Below are positions 56,726 to 63,767 of a stretch of 64,000 nucleotides of DNA, piece by piece. The position numbers were made by a program, and so were the translations under genes. Below the pieces are notes generated by a model, which was given only the letters and a program-made list of their open reading frames with translations, ran no database searches and had not been told where the DNA came from. Source of the DNA: a candidate division FCPU426 bacterium (GTDB taxonomy: Bacteria > Oederibacteriota > Muellerivitia > Muellerivitales > Muellerivitaceae); the NCBI GenBank assembly GCA_963847625.1, contig CAWKAR010000029.1:1-64000 (forward strand). The letters run 5' to 3'. How positions within the stretch are numbered: the stretch's first letter is position 1; every line of letters starts with the position of its first letter.

Positions 56726-56989
56726 TTTCTATTCCTTTATTGCGAATTGCTTTTCCACGGATGATTTTAAAACGACTGAGCCCTGTTTTGGGACTTTCTT
56801 CGATTCATGGCCCGGAAAATTTCGCCTTTTATCGAATGGACAATGGGAATCTGTTCGAGTGAGGAGGGGGAACCGGCAGACCTCGGGTCGGGGGAGTGGC
56901 CCTCCGAACCAACACCCCGTTGCTTTCTGGGGATTGACGTCTAATTTATAACACGAACACTCATAAGACAAGCCCTTAGGGTGCATTTA

Positions 56990-57170
56990 TTCACGCAGCC
57001 TCCCTGTAGTAAAAGTTGAGTAATCAACCGAGACGTTGACGGCGGATGATCTTGCCGGTCGGGCTTCCCCTTGAGAGTTCCGGACTGGAAAGGGAATGGC
57101 ATTCAGCCCTTGGTGCGGACGTTCCCCGTGAAAATGGGCCAGGTACTCCCGGCAAATATTTTCAAATATC
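56990..57170 (-). pseudogene. C-terminal remnant of an integrase-core (rve-type) transposase
   Basis: ICREYLAHFHGERPHQGL, then in a shifted frame GKIIRRQRLG*LLNFYYREAA*. Confidence 0.75.
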
Positions 57171-57171
57171 A

Positions 57172-57235
57172 TTGACAACGTTTCCTGTAAGTTTTACTTT
57201 ATATATAAGTTATACTTTTATTAATAGTTTTACTT
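57172..57235 (+). promoter_or_regulatory. Promoter and probable operator of TA module 1
   Basis: TTGACA-17-TACTTT overlapped by three AGTTWTACTT repeats at 57190, 57208 and 57226 (18-bp period). Confidence 0.65.
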
Positions 57236-57247
57236 CGGGGGGACTTT

Positions 57248-57478
57248 ATGCTGATTACACACGTTTCAGAAAAAGGGCAGGTGGTCATCCCTGCCGAATT
57301 CAGGGATAAATACGGAATCAAAAAGGGAACATCCGTCAAATTTTTTGAGAGAGACGGGGAGATACGCTTAATTCCCATGACCAAGCATTTGATTAGGAAA
57401 AACTGCGGGATACTCGGGACCAGGGGAAAACTCTTGAAGCTTTTGGCGGAGGATAAGAAAGCCGAGCGTGAGTTTTGA
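57248..57478 (+). CDS. AbrB/MazE/SpoVT-family antitoxin
   Basis: VSEKGQVVIPAEFRDKYGIKKG..V.F swapped-hairpin signature; overlaps the PIN gene. Confidence 0.9.
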   Translation: MLITHVSEKGQVVIPAEFRDKYGIKKGTSVKFFERDGEIRLIPMTKHLIRKNCGILGTRGKLLKLLAEDKKAEREF

Positions 57479-57876
57479 AACATTACGTTCTGGATGCCCA
57501 TTCGCTCATTGCCTATCTGGAAGGGGAAGAGGGCAAGGAAACCGTCATTTCCATTTTAGATGAAGTCGCGGACGGACAGGCCGAGGCTTTTCTTTGTGTC
57601 GTGAATTGGGGGGGAGTTTGGTACACGGCTTTCCGTGAAGGCGGGGAAGAAAGGGCGTTGTTATATCAAAACACCCTTTCTGAATTGGATATCCAGGTTT
57701 TGGACGCGGATAGGGAATTGACCCTTGTTGCGGCACGATTCAAAGGGTCTCATAAAATGTCTTACGCAGGCGCTTACGCCGCAGCTACGGCGAAACTTAA
57801 AAACGCTCATCTAGTGACAGGGGATAAGGAATTCAAATCGGTTGATAAAGAAATCAAGGTAAAGTGGGTTAGGTAA
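57475..57876 (+). CDS. vapC: VapC/PIN-domain toxin, two expected acidic catalytic residues read as Gly
   Basis: YVLDAH, VNWGGV (normally E), MSYAGA (normally D), LVTGD.EF. Confidence 0.88.
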   Translation: MKHYVLDAHSLIAYLEGEEGKETVISILDEVADGQAEAFLCVVNWGGVWYTAFREGGEERALLYQNTLSELDIQVLDADRELTLVAARFKGSHKMSYAGAYAAATAKLKNAHLVTGDKEFKSVDKEIKVKWVR

Positions 57877-57900
57877 TTATTTTTCACGCCCGAAATTGAG

Positions 57901-57932
57901 AAAAGCCTCCGCCTTACGGCTGAGGTTTTTTT
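57901..57932 (+). terminator. Rho-independent terminator after vapC
   Basis: AAAAGCCTCCGCC-TTAC-GGCTGAGG followed by a T7 run. Confidence 0.65.
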
Positions 57933-58077
57933 ATAACTGTTTTTTCGCGCTTTTTTTCTCATTAACCATTTTTCTTTCCGCTTTATTCTTATGGGATCAA
58001 CTACTTGGTTGTTTCCTTCTGCCATTCGAGCTTCCAATCGGATTCCGTAGTATTTCGTAATGTTAATTCCTTGGTGT

Positions 58078-58166
58078 GCAACCTAAAAAAGGTTGCGTGC
58101 GACCCTGAAAAGATTTTCCCATAACAGTTTTTTAGAATTTTTTTCAGTGGCACAGATTTGGCACAC
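58078..58166 (-). repeat. att-like module A: arm-type direct repeat plus palindrome with 7-nt spacer
   Basis: Reverse complement of TGCCAAATCTGTGCCAC at 58147-58163; GCAACC-TAAAAAA-GGTTGC at 58078-58096. Confidence 0.6.
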
Positions 58167-58373
58167 TTCATTTGAGAAAGACATGATGAAAAGCGCCGAC
58201 CAACATTAACCTGCCTCCGAAAATTTAGAAGATAAACTCAGATTGAGATGAAAAACGTGCAGTAGAGTGACTCTCTAGCGCGTTCCCCCTGTTTTGCCTT
58301 GCATTGCAGGGGTGGATCGAAAAGAAGCCCTAGAGGCCGCTTCAGTAGGAATTTTTGCCGAACCAAAGAACAT

Positions 58374-58419
58374 TTGACTTTTCATTCCGGGGTGACTAAG
58401 ATTTATGTGATTCACATAA
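58374..58419 (+). promoter_or_regulatory. Promoter and palindromic operator of TA module 2
   Basis: TTGACT-17-TAAGAT followed by the perfect palindrome TTATGTGA-T-TCACATAA (58403-58419). Confidence 0.7.
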
Positions 58420-58439
58420 TCACGTAAAAGGACAGAATC

Positions 58440-58673
58440 ATGAAAAGGAACCTCACCCTGGCGATTGATGAAGGCATCCTCGATCGGGCCCGCGTCGCGG
58501 CGGCCCAAAAGAAAAAGACCTTGACTGGAATGGTCCGGGATTATCTCGAGGGCATCGCGAAGGAGGACCGCGAAAGAAAGGCCTCCCTGGACCGCCTTCT
58601 CAAAGCATTTAAATCCACCCCCTTGCGGGTGGGCCGGGGTTCCTGGAGCCGGGACGATTTGCATGCCCGATAA
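58440..58673 (+). CDS. Ribbon-helix-helix antitoxin (DUF6364-like)
   Basis: MKRNLTLAIDE..L.RAR..A......LT.MVRDYL, C-terminal WSRDDLH; overlaps the PIN gene. Confidence 0.85.
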   Translation: MKRNLTLAIDEGILDRARVAAAQKKKTLTGMVRDYLEGIAKEDRERKASLDRLLKAFKSTPLRVGRGSWSRDDLHAR

Positions 58674-59085
58674 GGTTTTCCTCGATACGAATATACTGGT
58701 ATATGCTTTCGACCGGGATGATGCGCGGCGCCAAAAGATCGCGGCGGAACTCATGGAACGGCACCTCAGGAACCGCACGGGGGTCTTAAGTCTTCAAGTT
58801 TTACAGGAATTTTTCGTCGTCATAACCCGTAAAATAAAAGTCCCGCTTGATCCGTCTAAAGCCCGACAATTAGTCGCGGATTTCCTGCGCCATGATGTTG
58901 TCGAGGTCTCGGCAATCCATCTTCTGGAGGCCATGGATCTTTCCATATCGGCCAAGATTTCATTCTGGGACGCGTTGGTAGTCGTCACTGCGGCCAGGGC
59001 TGGTTGTAAAACCGTTTATACCGAGGATCTCCGGTGCGATTCAACGGTCGCGGGCGTACGGGTTGTGAATCCTTTTAAACTTTGA
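58663..59085 (+). CDS. vapC: VapC/PIN-domain toxin (catalytic residues intact)
   Basis: FLDTNILVYA, QVLQEF, SFWDAL, YTEDL, VVNPF. Confidence 0.92.
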   Translation: MPDKVFLDTNILVYAFDRDDARRQKIAAELMERHLRNRTGVLSLQVLQEFFVVITRKIKVPLDPSKARQLVADFLRHDVVEVSAIHLLEAMDLSISAKISFWDALVVVTAARAGCKTVYTEDLRCDSTVAGVRVVNPFKL

Positions 59086-59192
59086 TAAATTCCGCCTGGG
59101 CAAATATTTATTCCATAATTATTTTTGGACGATGCCAGGGAAATAAGGTAGCATAAGGCCGTTACGGCTTTTTCAAAAAGTTTTTTCCAGAC

Positions 59193-59278
59193 GCGGAAGT
59201 GGCGAAATTGGCAGACGCACTAGATTCAGGTTCATCTAGTGGGCCTTCGTGAGGGCTCCACTCACTCCTTCCACACCA
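59193..59278 (+). tRNA. Pseudo-tRNA-Leu(CAG): intact 5' half, 10-nt anticodon loop, degenerate 3' half
   Basis: GCGGAAGTGGCGAAATTGGCAGACGCA CTAGA TTCAGGTTCA TCTAG TGGGCCTTCGTGAGGGCTCCACTCACTC CTTCCAC ACCA; T-loop lacks TTCG; acceptor-stem mismatch. Confidence 0.8.
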
Positions 59279-59340
59279 CGTCTCAAACTTTTATGAAAAT
59301 CCTTGTGAGACCTTAATTTCATTGTTCCTAGCGCATTTGA

Positions 59341-59380
59341 GAGGCTTCCGGTCGAAAAAATTTTTCGCCGGAGGCCTTTC
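59341..59380 (+). terminator. Long hairpin downstream of the pseudo-tRNA
   Basis: GGCTTCCGG-t-CGAAAAA..TTTTTCG-CCGGAGGCC followed by TTTC. Confidence 0.55.
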
Positions 59381-59388
59381 TTGCTTCT

Positions 59389-59418
59389 GGCAGTCAGAGG
59401 CAGTCAAGGGCAGTCAAA
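59389..59418 (+). repeat. Three tandem 10-bp repeats GGCAGTCARR
   Basis: GGCAGTCAGA GGCAGTCAAG GGCAGTCAAA. Confidence 0.85.
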
Positions 59419-59502
59419 GTCGGTAAAAACCGAGTGCGAAAGACTCCCATAAGAAACGGGTTGGTCAATCCAAATCGTAAAAAAATCTAGTGCGTTCCTG
59501 AA

Positions 59503-59611
59503 GACTGAGAAGTGGAACATACACTAGAGTTTCATTCTAGCGAGTCGCTCATGACTGAGAAGAATCACGTGCGAGTGAGAAGAAAACATACACTAGAGTT
59601 ATGCTCTAGTA
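59503..59611 (+). repeat. Duplicated unit containing the CTAGA-N7-TCTAG palindrome
   Basis: AACATACACTAGAGTT at 59516 and 59585, each continuing to TCTAG; GASTGAGAAG at 59503, 59553 and 59573. Confidence 0.85.
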
Positions 59612-59615
59612 CATT

Positions 59616-59710
59616 TCACAAGTCAGAATTGAAACACACGCAGTAGATTAGTTCTGAAATATGACCCATCCGATCCATAATAGTTTTACGATCTTTTTCA
59701 CTCCTAAAAT
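59616..59710 (-). pseudogene. Possible C-terminal remnant of a tyrosine recombinase
   Basis: RKTIMDRMGHISELIY resembles the box II ..GH....Y region; short match only. Confidence 0.35.
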
Positions 59711-59770
59711 TCATAATGAAACTCTTAGTTGTCCAATTCCAATTTGCAATCCCTTTAATTTTCGAGACTA

Positions 59771-59787
59771 TGCCAAATCTGTGCCAC
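59771..59787 (+). repeat. Arm-type direct repeat, module B
   Basis: TGCCAAATCTGTGCCAC, identical to 59997-60013 and to the reverse complement of 58147-58163. Confidence 0.85.
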
Positions 59788-59815
59788 CGCCTAAGAAGTA
59801 TCAGAATATCGTTAT

Positions 59816-59880
59816 ATAGGAACAACTGAGCGGTAGAGTGCAACCTTGCCAAGGTTAGACCCGAATTTGGTTTCCTGTTA
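59816..59880 (+). pseudogene. Degenerate tRNA-Gly(GCC) relic
   Basis: ..GGAACAACTGAGCGGTAGAGTG CAACC TTGCCAA GGTT matches the tRNA-Gly D- and anticodon arms (GCC at 59848-59850); variable/T arm largely deleted. Confidence 0.7.
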
Positions 59881-59951
59881 AAAATCTTTTGGAAATAAAG
59901 TAAAAAATCAATTTTTGTCCCGCTTCCCCGACGATTCATCGCAAAGAAAAA

Positions 59952-60047
59952 ATGCCAGAAAGTGCCGTAAAATGACAGGGTGTGACAAACTTTCTGTGCC
60001 AAATCTGTGCCACATTTTTTTGGGAAGCGCAACCCTTCACGGGTTGC
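59952..60047 (+). repeat. att-like module C: ~10-bp periodic repeats, arm-type repeat and 7-nt-spacer palindrome
   Basis: ATGCC/GTGCC/ATGAC/GTGAC at ~10-bp period, TGTGCCAAATCTGTGCCAC (to 60013), GCAACC-CTTCACG-GGTTGC (60029-60047). Confidence 0.65.
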
Positions 60048-60081
60048 ATTCCATACCTTATTTTCCTCTCAGAATTTGAGT

Positions 60082-60134
60082 CGCCCGGGGAGTTGAGACC
60101 TAAGGGCGGGTTTAGTACCCCCGTCGGGCTACCA
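60082..60134 (+). other. tRNA 3'-end relic (Glu-like)
   Basis: GCGGG-TTTAGTA-CCCCC-GT-CGGGCT-ACCA resembles a T-arm, acceptor strand and CCA; upstream GCCCG could pair with CGGGC. Confidence 0.4.
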
Positions 60135-60162
60135 AATTTTCCTTGTAGAACAAGCGTATTAG

Positions 60163-61865
60163 CCGGAATTTCCCAGATGACCTTCTCTGAAAACATTGCC
60201 GGGTAATTTGTTTCTCATTATATTCCCCCCCCCGCTTCTTCCACCCGTATCCGGAATTTTCTGGCCCAAGGCCAGCGAAATGAGCCCAAAAAAGGGTTTC
60301 TGTGCCCCAAAAAAGTTGAAAATGACCTTCCAGAAAGCCAATTCTCGTTGTGAACGCACACCTATCCCACGATGGTTGATCCGGTTGAAGCCATGAAGTG
60401 TTCCTGCGGTTATCGCAGTACTGGCGCTCGCGGCCTTACCATCGCCAGTAGCCTTATCCGTCCAAGGATTTCAGCAAACAGGCGTTGGGTAACCATCACC
60501 TCCGCCATCTGGAAAACCACGTACCGCGAATGGCGGATAACGTTAGCTCCGATTTTGATAAGTTTTTCTCGCAACGTCGTCAGCGACCAATGCTTCACCA
60601 GTTCTGGCAGGGCTAGACGGCGAAGGAAGTTGCCCAAGTTGTAAGCCAGTGCAAATAGTTGCAACCTTACTTGGTTGTCCGCGAAGTCGTGGCAGCTTAG
60701 TCTTGTCCACTTCATCGCGTACTTTCCCTCCTTGATCCATTGCTCAGCCGTACCTCTTCCGTTGTAGAACTTCACCACCTGGGGTGCCGGTCGTCGCATG
60801 TTCGTCACGATGAAACCCACCCTCGGGAAAAGTTCGCCGTTGTGATGCTCAATCTTCGCCACCACGCGGCGGGGTTTGTCCCAGCTGACGGCTTGGTATT
60901 GGAAGCTGTGATACCGGACAACCGGCTTGTGGGAAGGGCGGCCCACGGGACGGGTCAAAAATGGCTCAATTTCTCTTTGTAGCACGCCATTGGCGGGTTG
61001 GCGGATCGCATAAAGGTATCCTTCGTCTTCTAGGTACTCGTATAGTTCCTGACGGGCGAAGGCCGCGTCACCCCGGAAAAAACGGCTGATGGAAAGACCC
61101 CGATAACGGACAACCACTGGTTCAAGAACCGACCGCCACTCGTGGGCGCTGGCCACATTGCCGTTGCGCAACATTGCCCGTTCCAAATCGCCAAACTGGT
61201 TGAAACAAAACAGGGGATGGTAACAGGTACAGCCGAAGTAACCGTTGTACAAGGAACCTTCTTGGTCCCCGTAGGTTTCACTCACGGAGCTGTCCATGTC
61301 GAGAATAATCTGCTGGATGGGCTTTTTTTCATGGACACCATCAATCCATTGGCCAGATAGGTCAATCAGACCGGTCTGGTTCTTCGACTGGGTGAGAACT
61401 TCCGTCTCGAAACGTCCCATCTGGCTGGTGGAGGCAGCTTGTTTTTCCTTGGCCCGTCCTCCGATCACATGCCGCATCGCCGGATCAACACTCAATCGTT
61501 CTGCGTCGTTGGTGTCCTCGTAACCGGCTAGGCGGCTGTAGATTGATTGCCGCAAAAGCGCCGTCATCGTATGTTGCGTATTCTTGCCGGTTCGCCGATC
61601 CCTCAGAAGGTTTTCCGTTCTGTCAGTCAAACCAAAGGCTTCATCGAGTTCACGATAGGGAATCAACCCGCCATCGGAAGTGACCTTCGCGCCATGGAAC
61701 TCCAGCTTGAGACCAGGATCAAAAACCACCCGAAGAGCGTCTTTTCCCCTTTCACCCATTGCATTCCCCCCTCTCGTGGTCCCCAAAGTGAAGAAAAACC
61801 TTTGTTTGTATGGCCAAACGACGCCTTATTATACTCGAAAGGTAATTTCATCTGGGAAATCCGGG
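60163..61865 (-). mobile_element. IS1380-family insertion sequence, complete
   Basis: 18-bp imperfect terminal IRs (CCGGAATTTCCCAGATGA / CCCGGATTTCCCAGATGA); 5-bp target duplication ATTAG at 60158-60162 and 61866-61870. Confidence 0.92.
60410..61759 (-). CDS. IS1380-family DDE transposase
   Basis: F.G.KVTSDGGL, AGYEDTNDA, ILDMDSS, YHPL, FRGDAAF, FYNGRGTAEQWIKEGK. Confidence 0.93.
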   Translation of the reverse strand: MGERGKDALRVVFDPGLKLEFHGAKVTSDGGLIPYRELDEAFGLTDRTENLLRDRRTGKNTQHTMTALLRQSIYSRLAGYEDTNDAERLSVDPAMRHVIGGRAKEKQAASTSQMGRFETEVLTQSKNQTGLIDLSGQWIDGVHEKKPIQQIILDMDSSVSETYGDQEGSLYNGYFGCTCYHPLFCFNQFGDLERAMLRNGNVASAHEWRSVLEPVVVRYRGLSISRFFRGDAAFARQELYEYLEDEGYLYAIRQPANGVLQREIEPFLTRPVGRPSHKPVVRYHSFQYQAVSWDKPRRVVAKIEHHNGELFPRVGFIVTNMRRPAPQVVKFYNGRGTAEQWIKEGKYAMKWTRLSCHDFADNQVRLQLFALAYNLGNFLRRLALPELVKHWSLTTLREKLIKIGANVIRHSRYVVFQMAEVMVTQRLFAEILGRIRLLAMVRPRAPVLR

Positions 61866-61886
61866 ATTAGAAGCTTGCCTCTCCAA

Positions 61887-62042
61887 ATCTACCCTTGATC
61901 TACCTTTTCGGAATGAGTCCTCCAGAATCTTTGGAAAAACATAATGTAGGTACTTATTACTTCCCCGTGGGGCTCCTTTTTTCATATGTATACTGAGTTT
62001 TTCGAACACTTTTATTTTAAATCCACTCTTGATCTACCTTTT
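61887..62042 (+). repeat. Direct repeats CTTGATCTACCTTTT, a possible second arm-type motif
   Basis: 15-bp identical copies at 61894 and 62028; the first is part of ATCTACC-N4-ATCTACC (11-bp period). Confidence 0.6.
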
Positions 62043-62460
62043 TCATTGTTTCCCGAGTTAAATACACCTTCAATTCATTGATTCTGTTCACGGCATAAAC
62101 CCTAGTGGGATTTAATCCGTTGGGCTACCAATTTATTGACAAATGGTACCAGGAGCGATACGTTTTTTTAAAAGGTTTTAGGAGTTTTTCTATGGACCGC
62201 CTATTAGAAATTGGTTCTATCGTGGACGACTGCCTGACCACTAAAACACTCAACCGTTTGTACCCCCCTGAAAGGGTTTTGGAAGAGAAGAGTCTTCCTG
62301 AAATGGAACGCTTGAACCGAAACCATTTGCTTCATATTGAATTATTGGAAATGGCCGGCAAAGCATTACGGGGACGGTTTGATCAACCCCTAACAGAGGG
62401 GGAAGTGGTTTTTGTTTGCCGCCGACTCGAGACATTTTTAATGGCCCATGGATTTGAGGT

Positions 62461-63512
62461 GCTGAATTCAACCAGTAAGTGCAACACCTTGACTAAAGAC
62501 CTGCTCCGGCGTTTTGAAACGAAGGCACTTGCGAGGACGATGGTTTAGGATCCGTTCCACGCGTCGTACATTCGCTGGGGTTATAGTAGCAAAATCCGTT
62601 TTCTTGGGATAGAAGCGACGAACAAGACCTGCAGTATTTTCAACACAACCTTTCTCCCAACTGTGGAAGGGCAAACAAAAGAATGAACGAGTGCCTGAAA
62701 CACGATTCACCTGGAGATGTTCGACGTTTTCGGAGCCATTGTCGTATGTGATGGTACGGCGGAGGCCTTTTGAAATCCGAACCAACCGACGGTTGATTGC
62801 GGCTCTAGTGTGGAAAGCTGATTTTTGAGGTAGCCAAGCCAGTTTCACCAGACGACTTTTGCGCTCGACCATAACCAGAAGTGAGGGTTTGCTTTTCCGG
62901 GAGATGATGGTGTCGGCCTCCCAGTGCCCGAATTGCTGTCTTGTTTCAACGATAGCTGGTCGTTGGGTAATGGGAGTACGTTGAGGAATATGGCTTTTGC
63001 GATGTTTTTGAGTGTGCCAACGTCGCAAACGTTTTCGATGGGCCCGGGCTAGATGAGGAATGAGGTTTCGAGCTTCGCAGTAGATGAATTGATAGATGGC
63101 TTCATGGGAAACGGAAAGTTTTGGTTTCTCCCGGCGAAGAAAACCGGCAATTTGCTCGGGCGAGAGTCCACGAGGTATTTCTCGCAGTACTAAACGGCGA
63201 ATCTCAGGATTTTTAAGCCTTAAATGAGTACGTGAAAGACGGTTTCGGTGTTCTGCACGCATGTGAGCTCTGGCGGGCAGGTAGCGGCGAGATCGTATAG
63301 GAGGGGCGTTGCGCTTCAGTTCTCGGGAAATGCTGGATACATCACGGCCCAGACGGCGTGCGATTTCCCGAAGGGAGAGGCCTTCAGCATTCCAAACTGA
63401 AATTTCTTCACGTTCGGCTAACGACAGATGCTTGTAGGATGATTTCATAGCACTTAGGATAACCCCCGGGTTCTGCCGGGTCTAAGTGTTGCACTTCGTT
63501 ATTGAACTGGGG
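62461..63512 (-). mobile_element. IS30-family insertion sequence, complete
   Basis: 27-bp imperfect IRs sharing TTCAA..AAGTGCAACAC; 3-bp target duplication GGT (62458-62460, 63513-63515). Confidence 0.88.
62468..63448 (-). CDS. IS30-family transposase
   Basis: YKHLSLAEREEI HTH, SPEQIAG, HEAIYQ, GHWEADT, TYDNGSE, SWEKGCVEN, LNHRPRKCL.FKTP. Confidence 0.95.
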   Translation of the reverse strand: MKSSYKHLSLAEREEISVWNAEGLSLREIARRLGRDVSSISRELKRNAPPIRSRRYLPARAHMRAEHRNRLSRTHLRLKNPEIRRLVLREIPRGLSPEQIAGFLRREKPKLSVSHEAIYQFIYCEARNLIPHLARAHRKRLRRWHTQKHRKSHIPQRTPITQRPAIVETRQQFGHWEADTIISRKSKPSLLVMVERKSRLVKLAWLPQKSAFHTRAAINRRLVRISKGLRRTITYDNGSENVEHLQVNRVSGTRSFFCLPFHSWEKGCVENTAGLVRRFYPKKTDFATITPANVRRVERILNHRPRKCLRFKTPEQVFSQGVALTG

Positions 63513-63767
63513 GGTTAAGATAACCCTTTAACCTTTTTAATTTTTAAAACTGCACAATTCCTTTCTGAATTTGACGGTCGTTTATACAAGTTTCCGGATT
63601 TTTTTAATAACATCGATTAACTGCAAATACACAATCCGGTTTGTTTTTTAAAATTTCCGCACAAATAAATTTTACAGCATGGATTGTTTGTTTCAACGCA
63701 GGCCTTCGCGCGAATTAAAAATGATTGGATGAAAAAAGCATGAATGAAAGGAAAGGACGGGAAAGGC

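Larger units (their letters stand above)
62105..63531 (+). pseudogene. Small hypothetical gene interrupted near its 3' end by IS30
   Basis: Removing the IS and one GGT copy restores ...AHGFEVKITL* (TAA 63529-63531). Confidence 0.55.

Noticed and set aside
59503..59611. Mini CRISPR array
   Set aside because: Only two imperfect units, and no cas genes or leader in the window; better explained as att-like duplications.
60029..60047. tRNA-Sec (loop CTTCACG contains TCA)
   Set aside because: An isolated hairpin with no tRNA-Sec D-arm, long variable arm or acceptor stem.
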